From an uncultured Steroidobacteraceae bacterium (GTDB taxonomy: Bacteria; Pseudomonadota; Gammaproteobacteria; Steroidobacterales; Steroidobacteraceae), in the NCBI GenBank assembly GCA_964489185.1, contig CAZAXR010000039.1:53128-117127 (forward strand): a DNA stretch of 64,000 nucleotides, read 5' to 3'. The notes under the pieces are model-generated. The model had not been told where the DNA came from and did no database searches. It worked only from the letters and a program-made list of their open reading frames with translations. Made by a program: the position numbers and the translations under genes. Below, piece by piece: positions 45,172 through 54,780 of this stretch (position 1 is the first letter of the stretch; each line of letters opens with the position of its first letter).

Positions 45172-46259
45172 AGGCCGCGCATCCGGTAGCGCAGGCGGTT
45201 GGCGATCCCTGGCCCGAGGATCACCGCGAGCGCGAGCAGTCCCACCACCACGTGCGTCCACCACAGCCCGAGTACCTCCGGGGCGGTGCCGCGTGAGATC
45301 CAGGTCTTGCCGGTCGAGGCCAGGGCGTAATAGAGGAAGAAGATCAGCACCGCGATCCACACCCGCGCGTAGCGCCCCTGGCGTGGGCGCAGCCGCGCCA
45401 GCGGCACGGCCAGCAGCGCCAGCACCATGCACATGATGGGCATGCTGATGCGCCAGTGCAGTTCGGCGCGCTCGGGCGCGTCGGAGGAGCTGAGCAGGCT
45501 CCAGGTGGGACGGGCCTCGAGCGCCTTGATGACGTCGGTAATCGGGGGTATCTGCACCGGCACCACGTGCTCGGCGAAGCGTACGATGCGGAACTGCATG
45601 CTGCCGGGCACGCCTTCGAAACGCTCCCCATCGTAAAGTGTAAGAATGTGTGTCATGCCGTCCGGCGTGACGGCGTGACGGGCGCGCTCGGCGAGGGCCA
45701 CCTCGACCTCGGCCCCGAGGTTGCGCTCGACGAACACGTTACCGAGGCTACCGTCCTTGTTGACCTCCTGGGCGTATACCACGGCGTTGACGGCCCCGAA
45801 GGTGCGGAATTTGCCCGGCACGATGGGCGCGAACTGCCCGGCGCGCAGCGCCGTGTTACGCAGGCTGAGCGCGTGCTGCGTCGCGTCCGGGGACAGCACC
45901 AGGCTCAGGTAAGCCAGCGCCGAGCTCACCAGCAACGCCAGCAGCGCCACCGGCACGTACAGGTTCTGCGGCCCCGCGCCGCAGGCGAGCGCGGCCGCCA
46001 TCTCGCTGTCGTGGTACAGCCGGCCGAAGGCCAGCACCACCCCGAGCAGCAGCCCCACCGGCAGCAGGATCGCCAGGTCCTGCGCCGCCCCAAAGCCGAT
46101 AAGCTCAAGCACCACGCTCTGCGGATACTGATTGGCGGCGGCCCGCTCGAGCACGCCCACCACCTGGTTGGCGAGCAGGATGATGAGCAGCACGCTGGTC
46201 ACCGCCAGCCACGCTGTCAGTACCTCGCGCAGAATGTAGCGGCCGAGGATCGTCCCCAA
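45168..46259 (-). CDS. lptF: LPS export ABC transporter permease LptF
   Basis: ILGRYILREVLTAWLAVTSVLLIILL...LPVGLLLGVVLAFGRLYHDSEMAAALACGAGP. The likely TTG start at 46259 is uncertain; the ORF track offers an ATG at 46364. Confidence 0.85.
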   Translation of the reverse strand: MGTILGRYILREVLTAWLAVTSVLLIILLANQVVGVLERAAANQYPQSVVLELIGFGAAQDLAILLPVGLLLGVVLAFGRLYHDSEMAAALACGAGPQNLYVPVALLALLVSSALAYLSLVLSPDATQHALSLRNTALRAGQFAPIVPGKFRTFGAVNAVVYAQEVNKDGSLGNVFVERNLGAEVEVALAERARHAVTPDGMTHILTLYDGERFEGVPGSMQFRIVRFAEHVVPVQIPPITDVIKALEARPTWSLLSSSDAPERAELHWRISMPIMCMVLALLAVPLARLRPRQGRYARVWIAVLIFFLYYALASTGKTWISRGTAPEVLGLWWTHVVVGLLALAVILGPGIANRLRYRMRGL

Positions 46260-46443
46260 AGGTGCGCTGCCCCACCCGCCCGTTCCAGAAACCGGGCGGC
46301 CTCTTGAGTTACACTTGCCTCGCGTGCACCCGTCACCGCGCACTAAGCGCCCAATAAACATCAAACGGAGCGAGGCGCGTTAAGAGTCCGCGAATAAGGT
46401 AAATCAGAACGCACGCGCGCCTCAACGGCAAGGGGGATATTGC

Positions 46444-47934
46444 ATGGAATTCGGAGTCTGGACGAAGGGCTTGGCAACTCTGGCGGTTGACTGCCTGGTG
46501 CTGGGCGTCTTCGAGGAGGCCGAGCTGTCCGGCGAGGCGCGCGCGGTCGACACCGCGAGCGGCGGGCGGCTGAAGCAGCTGCTCGGGCGCGGCGATTTCG
46601 CCGGCCGCGCGGGCGAGACGCTGCTCATCGGCGAGCTGCCGGGGATCAGCGCCACACGCGTGCTGCTCACCGGGCTCGGCACCAAGAAGAACTTTCAGCG
46701 CAAGAGCTGGCGCAAGGCGTGGGCGGCCGCCGCGGCGGCGCTGGCGCGCACGCGCATCGCCAGCTGTGCGGTCGCGCTCGATCGTCCGGAAGCGCGGCAG
46801 CTCGATGACTACTACCTGGGCCGCGCCGTGGCCGAGATCGCCGGCGCCGCACTCTACCGCATCAACGACCTGAAGACCGCCAAGAAGCCGCCGCCGCCTG
46901 CGCTGAAGAAGGTGCTGGTCGGACCGGTGCGCAAGGCTGCCGCCGCCGAGCGCGGACTGGCGCATGGCGAGGCCATCGCCGCGGCGCAGAACCTGCAGCG
47001 TGACCTCGCGAATCTGCCCGCCAACGTGTGCACGCCTACCTTTCTCGCCGAGCAGGCGCGCGCGCTCGCCAAGGGTCAGGGTCCGCTGCGCGTGCGCGTG
47101 CTCGATGAAGCCGCTATCCGGCGCGAGAAGATGGGCTGTCTGCTCGCGGTCGCGCAGGGCAGCCAGCAGCCGCCGCGCTTCATCGTGCTCGAGCACCAGG
47201 GGGCGCGCAAGAAAGCGCAGCCGCCGGTGGTGCTGGTCGGCAAGGGCGTGACCTTCGACAGCGGCGGCATCTCGCTGAAGGATCCGCCCGGGATGGACGA
47301 GATGAAATTCGACATGAGCGGGGCGGCGGCCGTGATCGCCACGCTCACCCTCGCCGCCACGCTGCGCCTGCCGCTGCACGTGGTCGGACTGGTGGCGGCG
47401 GTGGAGAACATGCCGAGCGGCAAGGCCGTCAAGCCCGGCGACATCGCCACCAGCGCCTCCGGCCAGACGGTCGAGATCCTCAACACCGACGCCGAGGGGC
47501 GCCTGATCCTGTGCGATGCCCTGCACTACGCGCGCCGCTTCCATCCGGCCGCGGTGGTGGACATCGCCACCCTCACCGGCGCCTGCGTGGTCGCCCTCGG
47601 CCATCACCATGCGGGCGTCATGGGCAATGACGAGGCACTGGTGCGCGAGCTGCTGGAGGCCGGGGTGCGCGCCGACGATCGCTGCTGGCAGCTGCCGCTC
47701 ACCGAAGAGTACGCCGAGCAGCTCAAGAGCAACTTCGCTGACTTCGCCAACGTTGGCGGCCGCGACGGCGGCGCCATCACCGCCGCCACCTTCCTCGGCA
47801 AGTTCACGCAGGGTTTGAAATGGGCGCATCTCGACGTCGCGGGCGTTGCCTATCAGAGCGGTGCCCAGAAGGGCAGCACCGGGCGCCCGACACCGCTACT
47901 CGCGGACTTCCTGTTGCGGCGGGCGGGGCTGTAG
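46444..47934 (+). CDS. pepA: Leucyl aminopeptidase (M17)
   Basis: VGKGVTFDSGGISLKD, DMSGAAAV and the signature NTDAEGRLILCDAL. It is divergent from lptF as in many gammaproteobacteria. Confidence 0.95.
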   Translation: MEFGVWTKGLATLAVDCLVLGVFEEAELSGEARAVDTASGGRLKQLLGRGDFAGRAGETLLIGELPGISATRVLLTGLGTKKNFQRKSWRKAWAAAAAALARTRIASCAVALDRPEARQLDDYYLGRAVAEIAGAALYRINDLKTAKKPPPPALKKVLVGPVRKAAAAERGLAHGEAIAAAQNLQRDLANLPANVCTPTFLAEQARALAKGQGPLRVRVLDEAAIRREKMGCLLAVAQGSQQPPRFIVLEHQGARKKAQPPVVLVGKGVTFDSGGISLKDPPGMDEMKFDMSGAAAVIATLTLAATLRLPLHVVGLVAAVENMPSGKAVKPGDIATSASGQTVEILNTDAEGRLILCDALHYARRFHPAAVVDIATLTGACVVALGHHHAGVMGNDEALVRELLEAGVRADDRCWQLPLTEEYAEQLKSNFADFANVGGRDGGAITAATFLGKFTQGLKWAHLDVAGVAYQSGAQKGSTGRPTPLLADFLLRRAGL

Positions 47935-48084
47935 CGCGCCGCGGCGCCAGCCACGGCCGCCGCGTGCGCCACGTGCACTACTGCCGCACACGGCCGCGCG
48001 CGGGCCGCAAGGCGCGCGCGGTGCGCGCGCCCTGACACCCCCCGTCGCCCGGGACCGCGCCGCCAAGCCGCTATAATCGTTGGC

Positions 48085-50856
48085 ATGGACAAGGTGTACG
48101 CGCCGCAGCAGATCGAGCGGCGCATCTACGCACGCTGGGAATCGCACGGCTGGTTCGCGCCGCGCGGCAGCGGCGTGCCCTACTGCATCATGATCCCGCC
48201 ACCGAACGTGACCGGGACGCTGCACATGGGGCATGCGTTCCAGCACACGCTCATGGACGCGCTCACGCGCTATCACCGCATGCGCGGGCGCGACACGCTC
48301 TGGCAGCCGGGAACCGATCACGCCGGCATCGCCACGCAGATGGTCGTGGAACGGCAGCTCAACGCCCAGGGCCTGAAGCGCACCGAGCTCACCCGCGAGG
48401 CGTTCCTGGAGCGCGTGTGGGCGTGGAAGGAGCAGTCCGGCGGAACCATTAGCCAGCAGATGCGCCGCCTCGGCGAGTCGGTCGACTGGTCGCGCGACCG
48501 CTTCACCATGGACCCGGGCATGTCGCGCGCGGTGCTCGAGGTGTTCGTGCGCCTGCACGAGGAGGGGCTCATCTACCGCGGCAAGCGCCTGGTCAACTGG
48601 GACCCCGTGCTGCTCACGGCCCTGTCGGACCTGGAGGTGCAGGCGCAGGAAGAGGACGGGCAGCTGTGGCATCTGCGCTATCCGCTCGCCGACGGCGGCG
48701 GCCACGTGGTGGTCGCCACCACGCGCCCGGAGACCATGCTGGGCGATACCGCGGTGGCGGTGCATCCCGAGGATGAGCGCTACCGGCCGCTCATCGGCCG
48801 GCACCTGCGCCTGCCGCTCGCCGCGCGTGACATCCCGATCATCGCCGACAGCTACGCCGACCCGGCCTTCGGCTCGGGCTGCGTGAAGATCACGCCCGCG
48901 CACGATTTCAACGACTACGAGGTCGCACAGCGCCACCACCTGCCGCTGATTAATATCTTCACCCCGCGCGCCACGCTCGCGGATGACGTGCCGGAGCGCT
49001 TCCGCGGGCTCGACCGCTTCGAGGCGCGCAAGCGCATCGTCGCCGAGCTCGAGAGCGCGGGACTGGTGGAGCGCGTCGAGAAGCACCGTCTGGTGGTGCC
49101 GCGCGGCGACCGCAGTGGCGCGGTGCTCGAGCCCTATCTCACCGACCAGTGGTACGTGAAGATCGCGCCGCTGGCGGCGCCGGCGATCGTGGCGGTCGAG
49201 GAGCGGCGCACGCGCTTCGTGCCCGAGAACTGGGCGCGCACCTACTTCGAGTGGATGCGCAACATCAAGGACTGGTGCATCAGCCGCCAGCTGTGGTGGG
49301 GGCACCGCATCCCTGCCTGGTACGACAGCAGCGGGCGCGTGTACGTCGGCCGCAGCGAAGCTGAAGTGCGGGAGCGTCACGGACTTGCCGCAGCGCTCGC
49401 CCTGCGCCAGGACGAGGACGTGCTCGACACCTGGTTCTCCTCGGCGCTGTGGCCGTTCTCGACCCTCGGCTGGCCGGAGACCACCGGCGCGCTCAGCCGC
49501 TTCTACCCCGGCAGCGTCCTGGTCACGGGCTTCGACATCATCTTCTTCTGGGTCGCCCGCATGATGATGATGGGCCTGAAGTTCATGGGCGACGTGCCGT
49601 TTCGCGACGTGTACATCACCGGGCTGATCCGCGATGAGCACGGCGAGAAGATGTCCAAGTCCAAGGGCAACGTGATCGACCCGCTCGACATCGTCGATGG
49701 CATCTCGCTTGAGGACCTGGTCGCAAAGCGCACCAGCGGACTGATGCAGCCGCAGCTCGCGCCCGCGATCGAGCGGGCGACGCGCCGGCAGTACCCGCAC
49801 GGCATCGCGCCGCACGGCGCTGACGCGCTGCGCTTCACCTTCGCCGCCCTCGCCTCCCCCAGCCGCGACATCCGCTTCGATCTGGGGCGCGTCGCCGGCT
49901 ACCGCAACTTCTGCAACAAGCTGTGGAACGCGGCGCGCTTTGTCACCCTGACCCTCGGGGACGGCGTGCCTGCCGCAGCGGGCGAGGTCGAGCTGTCGGT
50001 CGCCGACCGCTGGATCGGCTCGCGCTTCGGGCGCACGCTCACCGCGGTGGAAACTGCCTTTGCCGAGTACCGCTTCGACTACGCCGCGAGCGCGTTGTAC
50101 GAGTTCACCTGGTACGACTTTTGCGACTGGTACTTGGAGCTCACCAAGCCGGTCCTGCAGGGTGAAGGGGTGAGTGCGGCGGCGCGGCGCGGCACGGCGC
50201 GTACGCTGGCGCAGATCGCCGAGGCTCTGCAGCGCGCGTTGCATCCACTCATGCCGTTCATCACCGAGGAGATCTGGCAGCGCATTGCCCCGCTCGCCGG
50301 GCGCGCCGCCGAGACCCTCATGCTGCAGCCCTACCCGGCCGCGGCCGAGTTCCCTGCCGATGAGGAGGCCGAGCGCGAGGCCGCCTGGATCCAGGCGGTG
50401 GTGCTCGGCGTACGCCAGATCCGCGGCGAGATGAACATCGCCCCGGGCAAGCGCATCCCGGTGCTGCTGAAGGACGCCTGCGCGGAGGATGCCATGCGCG
50501 CTGAGCGCCACCGCACCTGGCTCGAGCGCCTCGCGGGGCTGCAGAGCCTCACGGTGCTGTCGCCCGGCATGCCGGCACCGCAGTCGGCGGTGGCGCTCGT
50601 CGGCACCCTCAGTGTGCTGGTGCCGATGGCCGGGCTGATCGATGCGGCCGCCGAAGCCGAGCGTCTCGGCAAGCTGCTCGCCAAGGCCGAGGGGGACTTG
50701 CAGAAGATCCGCACGCGGCTCGCCAACGACAATTTCGTGCGCGGCGCGCCGCCGCAGGTGGTGGCCAGCGAGCGCGAGCGCGTCGCCGAGCTCGAGCGCA
50801 CCACCAACTCGCTCAGCGCCCAGCTCGAGCGCGTGCGCGGGCTGCTGGCCTCGTGA
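48085..50856 (+). CDS. valS: Valine--tRNA ligase
   Basis: [15 protein letters not shown] is the HIGH motif and KMSKSKGN is the KMSKS motif. A C-terminal coiled coil is present (923 aa). Confidence 0.97.
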   Translation: MDKVYAPQQIERRIYARWESHGWFAPRGSGVPYCIMIPPPNVTGTLHMGHAFQHTLMDALTRYHRMRGRDTLWQPGTDHAGIATQMVVERQLNAQGLKRTELTREAFLERVWAWKEQSGGTISQQMRRLGESVDWSRDRFTMDPGMSRAVLEVFVRLHEEGLIYRGKRLVNWDPVLLTALSDLEVQAQEEDGQLWHLRYPLADGGGHVVVATTRPETMLGDTAVAVHPEDERYRPLIGRHLRLPLAARDIPIIADSYADPAFGSGCVKITPAHDFNDYEVAQRHHLPLINIFTPRATLADDVPERFRGLDRFEARKRIVAELESAGLVERVEKHRLVVPRGDRSGAVLEPYLTDQWYVKIAPLAAPAIVAVEERRTRFVPENWARTYFEWMRNIKDWCISRQLWWGHRIPAWYDSSGRVYVGRSEAEVRERHGLAAALALRQDEDVLDTWFSSALWPFSTLGWPETTGALSRFYPGSVLVTGFDIIFFWVARMMMMGLKFMGDVPFRDVYITGLIRDEHGEKMSKSKGNVIDPLDIVDGISLEDLVAKRTSGLMQPQLAPAIERATRRQYPHGIAPHGADALRFTFAALASPSRDIRFDLGRVAGYRNFCNKLWNAARFVTLTLGDGVPAAAGEVELSVADRWIGSRFGRTLTAVETAFAEYRFDYAASALYEFTWYDFCDWYLELTKPVLQGEGVSAAARRGTARTLAQIAEALQRALHPLMPFITEEIWQRIAPLAGRAAETLMLQPYPAAAEFPADEEAEREAAWIQAVVLGVRQIRGEMNIAPGKRIPVLLKDACAEDAMRAERHRTWLERLAGLQSLTVLSPGMPAPQSAVALVGTLSVLVPMAGLIDAAAEAERLGKLLAKAEGDLQKIRTRLANDNFVRGAPPQVVASERERVAELERTTNSLSAQLERVRGLLAS

Positions 50857-51797
50857 GCGCGGCGCCCGCCAGCGTGGATGCCGCGGCGCTCGTGCGCGTG
50901 CTCGCGAGCCTCGAGACCATCATCCTTGGCAAGCCCGACCAGATCCGCCTGTGCGTGGCGTGCCTGCTGGCGCGCGGTCACCTGCTCATCGAGGACGTTC
51001 CCGGCGTGGGCAAGACCACGCTGGCGCACGCGCTCGCGCACGTGCTGGGGCTCGCCTGGCAGCGCGTGCAGTTCACCAGCGATCTGTTGCCCGCGGACAT
51101 CGTGGGAGTATCGGTGTTCGATCGCGCCAGCCAGCGCTTCCACTTCCGTCAGGGGCCGATCTTCACCCAGCTGTTGCTCGCCGATGAGGTGAACCGTGCC
51201 AGCCCCCGCACCCAGAGCGCGCTGCTGGAGGCGATGGAGGAGCGTCAGGTGAGTGCCGACGGCACGACCTACGCGCTGCCCGAGCCGTTCTTCGTGGTCG
51301 CCACCCAGAACCCCCACGAGCAGCTCGGCACCTACGCCCTTCCCGAATCGCAGCTCGACCGCTTCCTGATGCGCGTGACTCTCGGCTATCCGGACACGGC
51401 GCACGAGCGCGAGCTGCTGCGCGGCGGCGAACGGCGCGAACTGCTGCCGGCGCTGGCGCCGGCGCTGACGGCGGCGGACGTGGTCAGCGTGCAGCGCGCG
51501 GTGCGCGCCGTACACGTCGCGGAGACGCTGCTGGATTACGCCCAGGCCCTGATCGCCCGCAGCCGCGAGCGCGGCGACCTAAAGCTCGGGCTGTCGCCGC
51601 GTGCCGGTCAGGGCCTGATCCGCGCCGCGCAGGCCTGGGCGTACCTGGCCGCGCGCGACGCGGTGCTGCCCGAGGACGTGCAGGCGGTGCTGCCGGCGGT
51701 GGTGGCACACCGCCTCGAGCCGCGTGACCCGGCGAGCGCCGCGGAGCGCGCCGACCTCGCCGCCGAACTGGTACGCGCCGTGCCGGTGCCGCTCTGA
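50853..51797 (+). CDS. MoxR-family AAA+ ATPase
   Basis: The GTG start overlaps the valS stop. [20 protein letters not shown] contains Walker A. Other motifs are [39 protein letters not shown] and FFVVATQNP. Confidence 0.9.
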   Translation: MSAAPASVDAAALVRVLASLETIILGKPDQIRLCVACLLARGHLLIEDVPGVGKTTLAHALAHVLGLAWQRVQFTSDLLPADIVGVSVFDRASQRFHFRQGPIFTQLLLADEVNRASPRTQSALLEAMEERQVSADGTTYALPEPFFVVATQNPHEQLGTYALPESQLDRFLMRVTLGYPDTAHERELLRGGERRELLPALAPALTAADVVSVQRAVRAVHVAETLLDYAQALIARSRERGDLKLGLSPRAGQGLIRAAQAWAYLAARDAVLPEDVQAVLPAVVAHRLEPRDPASAAERADLAAELVRAVPVPL

Positions 51798-51835
51798 GCG
51801 CGTTCGCGCCCCTGGGCGCGTGGTTCGACACGCGC

Positions 51836-52768
51836 ATGGCGCACTGGATGCGCCGCCGCCAGGGGGAGGATCGCCTGCCCGTCACGCTCGCGCGGCGGCG
51901 GCTGTACATCCTGCCCACGCGCGCGGGCGCGGCGTTCGCGGGGCTGCTGTTCCTCATGCTGCTGGCGGGCCTGAACTACGCCAACAGCCTGGCGCTGTTC
52001 CTCACGTTCCTGCTCGCCGCTTTCGCTCTGGTGGTGATGCAGCAGTGCCACCGCAACCTGCTCGGCGTGCAGGTCGTGTCGCTGAGTGCGCCGGCGGTGT
52101 TCGCGCGCAGCCCGGGGGCGGTGCACGTGGTGCTCGCCAGCGACGTACCGCGCCCGCAGCTCGAAGCCGCGCTCGCCGGCACCCCGCGGATCGTGGCGGA
52201 CCTGCCCGCGCAGGGACGGGTGCGGCTCACCGTACCGCTGCCGCCCGGCGCGCGTGGCCTGGTGCGCATCGAGCGCCTGCGTCTTTCCACCGCGCACCCC
52301 TTCGGCCTGTTCCGTGCCTGGACCTGGGTGCATGCGCCCGCGCAGCTGTGGGTGTACCCGCATCCGCACGGCTCGCTGCCCATGCCGCTGCACGGCGGCA
52401 CACGGCGCGGGCGGCGGGCGCGGCAGGAGAGCGGCGCGGACGAGTGGTCGGGGCTGCGACCCTTTCGCGACGGCGACTCGCCGCGCTCGGTCGACTGGAA
52501 AGCGTACGCGCGCGAGGCGCCGTTGCTGGTGAAGGAGTACACCCTGGAAGCCTCCGAGTTGCGCCTGTTCGAGTTCGCGCAGCTGCGTCTGCCCGACCCC
52601 GAGACGCGCCTGTCGCAGCTGGCGCGCTGGATCGTGGACGCCGAGGCGCAGGGCGAGCGTTACGGGCTCACCCTCCCGGCGGTGCAGCTGCCGCCCGACC
52701 GCGGTCCCGAGCACCGTCACCGCTGCCTGGTGGCGCTCGCGGCCTTCGGGCTCGATCGCGGGCGCTAG
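51836..52768 (+). CDS. DUF58 domain protein (vWA-like partner of MoxR)
   Basis: There are two N-terminal TM segments. The DUF58 motif is LRPFRDGDSPRSVDWKAYAREAPLLVKEY. Confidence 0.85.
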   Translation: MAHWMRRRQGEDRLPVTLARRRLYILPTRAGAAFAGLLFLMLLAGLNYANSLALFLTFLLAAFALVVMQQCHRNLLGVQVVSLSAPAVFARSPGAVHVVLASDVPRPQLEAALAGTPRIVADLPAQGRVRLTVPLPPGARGLVRIERLRLSTAHPFGLFRAWTWVHAPAQLWVYPHPHGSLPMPLHGGTRRGRRARQESGADEWSGLRPFRDGDSPRSVDWKAYAREAPLLVKEYTLEASELRLFEFAQLRLPDPETRLSQLARWIVDAEAQGERYGLTLPAVQLPPDRGPEHRHRCLVALAAFGLDRGR

Positions 52769-52770
52769 TC

Positions 52771-54780
52771 GTGTCCGTCGTAGCGGGCGCGGTATCCGCC
52801 GAGCGCGAGGTGCTCGGGCCGCTTGCCTGGGCGTGCGCAGCATTTGCCGGCGGGGTGCTGCTGAATGCCGGCAGCGCTCCGCTCTGGGCGGTGGTGAGCG
52901 CGCTGGTGCTCATCGCCTGGCGACTGGCGACGGCGCGCTCCACGCACTGGGTGCCGGGGACACCGACGCGGGCAGTGCTCGCCCTGGGGCTGGTGGTGAT
53001 CGTGCTGGCGCGCTTCCACACCCTCAACGGGCTCGCCGCCGGCACGACGCTGCTGATGCTGATGGCGGCACTGAAGCTGCTCGAGACGCGTACGCGTCGC
53101 GATCAGTCGGTGCTGGTCGGGGCGGCGCTGTTCCTGCTGCTGGCGGCGTGCCTGGAGGGCCAGAGCCTGGCGCGCACGCCGCTGTACGCGCTCGAGACCT
53201 GGCTGTGCTGCGCGGCGCTTGCGGTCATCGCGGCCGCGGCGCTGAGCACGCGCGCGGCGCTGTGGCTGGCCGGCCGCGCGCTGCTGCTCGCCCTGCCGCT
53301 CGCGCTGCTGCTGTTCCTGTTCTTCCCGCGTCTGCCGGGCTCGTTCTGGGCCATCCCGCACCGCGAGGAAGCCACCAGCGGGCTGTCCGACACCATGAGT
53401 CCGGGCAGCATCTCGCAGCTGATTCTGAGCTACGAGCCGGCCTTCCGCGTGCGCTTCCGCGGCCTCCCGCCGCCGCCGCAGGAGCTGTACTGGCGCGGTC
53501 CGGTGCTGCACGACTTCGACGGCTACACCTGGCGGCGCATGAGCGGGGTGTTCCTGCCGCGCCAGCCGCTGCGCTATCTGGGTGAGCCCTATCGCTACCA
53601 GGTGTCGCTGGAACCGAGCCGCGAGCGCTGGTGGTTCGCGCTCGATACACCGCAAGAGAGCGCCGGCGCGCGCGCACTGCTCACCTACGACTATGAACTG
53701 GTGGGCTCCGAGCCGGTGCGGCAGCTCATGAGCTTCGATGCCGTCTCCTATACGCACAGCGAGGCCAGCGAGGCGCTCGATCCCGGCGCGCGCCGCCAGG
53801 ACACCTACCTGCCGCGCAACACCAACCCGCGCGCCGCCGCACTCGCGCACACGCTCCGGCAGCAGGCGCCCGAGGACGCCGCGTTCGTGCAGGCGGTCCT
53901 CGATTATCTGCGCCGTGGCGGCTTCGTGTACTCGCTCACCCCGGAACGGCTCGGGCGCGACGCGGTCGATGACTTCCTCTTCAACACCCGCAGCGGCTTC
54001 TGCGGGCACTACGCCAGCGCTTTCGTCACCCTGATGCGCGCGGCCGGTGTGCCGGCGCGCGTGGTCAGCGGCTACCTCGGCGGCGAGTGGAACCCGGCCG
54101 GCGGCTATTTCATCGTGCGCCAGTCCGATGCCCACGCCTGGGCGGAGGTATGGCTCGCCGGGCGCGGCTGGACGCGCTTCGATCCCACCGCGGTGGTCGC
54201 TCCCGAGCGGCTGCGGCGCGGCATCCTCGACCTGATGCCGGACTCGCTCTCGGTGGGCGAGCGGTTGGTGCACGAGTCGCCATGGCTCGCGCACCTGTTG
54301 CAGCGCTGGGACGCCGCCAACAACTGGTGGAGCGAGCACGTCGTGCGGTACGACTACCTCATGCAGCTCGACCTGCTCACGCGGCTCGGAGTGCGCGAGC
54401 CGGACGTGCGCCACCTGGGATGGGCGTTCACGCTGGCCCTGCTCGTGTGGCTGGCGCTCATCGGCTGGTCCCTGGGCCGGGGCGCGCGCCCGGTACGCCC
54501 CGATGCACTGGCGCGCGCCTACGCGCGCCTGTGCCGCAAGCTCGCGCGCGTGGCCCCGGCGCGCGCCCCGCACCAGGGACCGCTCAGCTTCGCCGCCGCG
54601 GTGGCCGCGCACCGGCCGGACATCGAAGGCCGGGTCGGCGCGCTGCTGGCGCGCTACGCGCAGCTGCGCTACGGGCCGTCGCAGCCTGCGACCCGCGCGC
54701 TGCAGATCGAAGAGTTCCGGCGCGCGGTCGCGCGGCTGTCGCTGCCGCGCCGCGCCCCGCGGCCGCTCACCGCGACTTGA
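52771..54780 (+). CDS. Transglutaminase-domain membrane protein (TgpA-like; DUF3488 + transglutaminase core)
   Basis: GTG 52771 lies 2 nt after the DUF58 stop. There are multiple N-terminal TM segments. The catalytic core is GFCGHYASAFVTLMRAAGVPARVVSGY...SDAHAWAEVWLAGRGWTRFDPT (Cys-His-Asp). Confidence 0.85.
   Translation: MSVVAGAVSAEREVLGPLAWACAAFAGGVLLNAGSAPLWAVVSALVLIAWRLATARSTHWVPGTPTRAVLALGLVVIVLARFHTLNGLAAGTTLLMLMAALKLLETRTRRDQSVLVGAALFLLLAACLEGQSLARTPLYALETWLCCAALAVIAAAALSTRAALWLAGRALLLALPLALLLFLFFPRLPGSFWAIPHREEATSGLSDTMSPGSISQLILSYEPAFRVRFRGLPPPPQELYWRGPVLHDFDGYTWRRMSGVFLPRQPLRYLGEPYRYQVSLEPSRERWWFALDTPQESAGARALLTYDYELVGSEPVRQLMSFDAVSYTHSEASEALDPGARRQDTYLPRNTNPRAAALAHTLRQQAPEDAAFVQAVLDYLRRGGFVYSLTPERLGRDAVDDFLFNTRSGFCGHYASAFVTLMRAAGVPARVVSGYLGGEWNPAGGYFIVRQSDAHAWAEVWLAGRGWTRFDPTAVVAPERLRRGILDLMPDSLSVGERLVHESPWLAHLLQRWDAANNWWSEHVVRYDYLMQLDLLTRLGVREPDVRHLGWAFTLALLVWLALIGWSLGRGARPVRPDALARAYARLCRKLARVAPARAPHQGPLSFAAAVAAHRPDIEGRVGALLARYAQLRYGPSQPATRALQIEEFRRAVARLSLPRRAPRPLTAT

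Noticed and set aside
47935-48084. Missing holC between pepA and valS
   Set aside because: The 150-bp gap is too short for a chi-subunit gene and shows no remnant. holC is simply located elsewhere or absent in this lineage, so this is not an anomaly of the sequence itself.
51724-52770. N-terminal 349 aa of the 1018-aa ORF 51724..54780 (+)
   Set aside because: It overlaps the MoxR 3-prime end and the whole DUF58 gene in another frame with an Arg/Ala-rich translation. The transglutaminase protein starts plausibly at GTG 52771.
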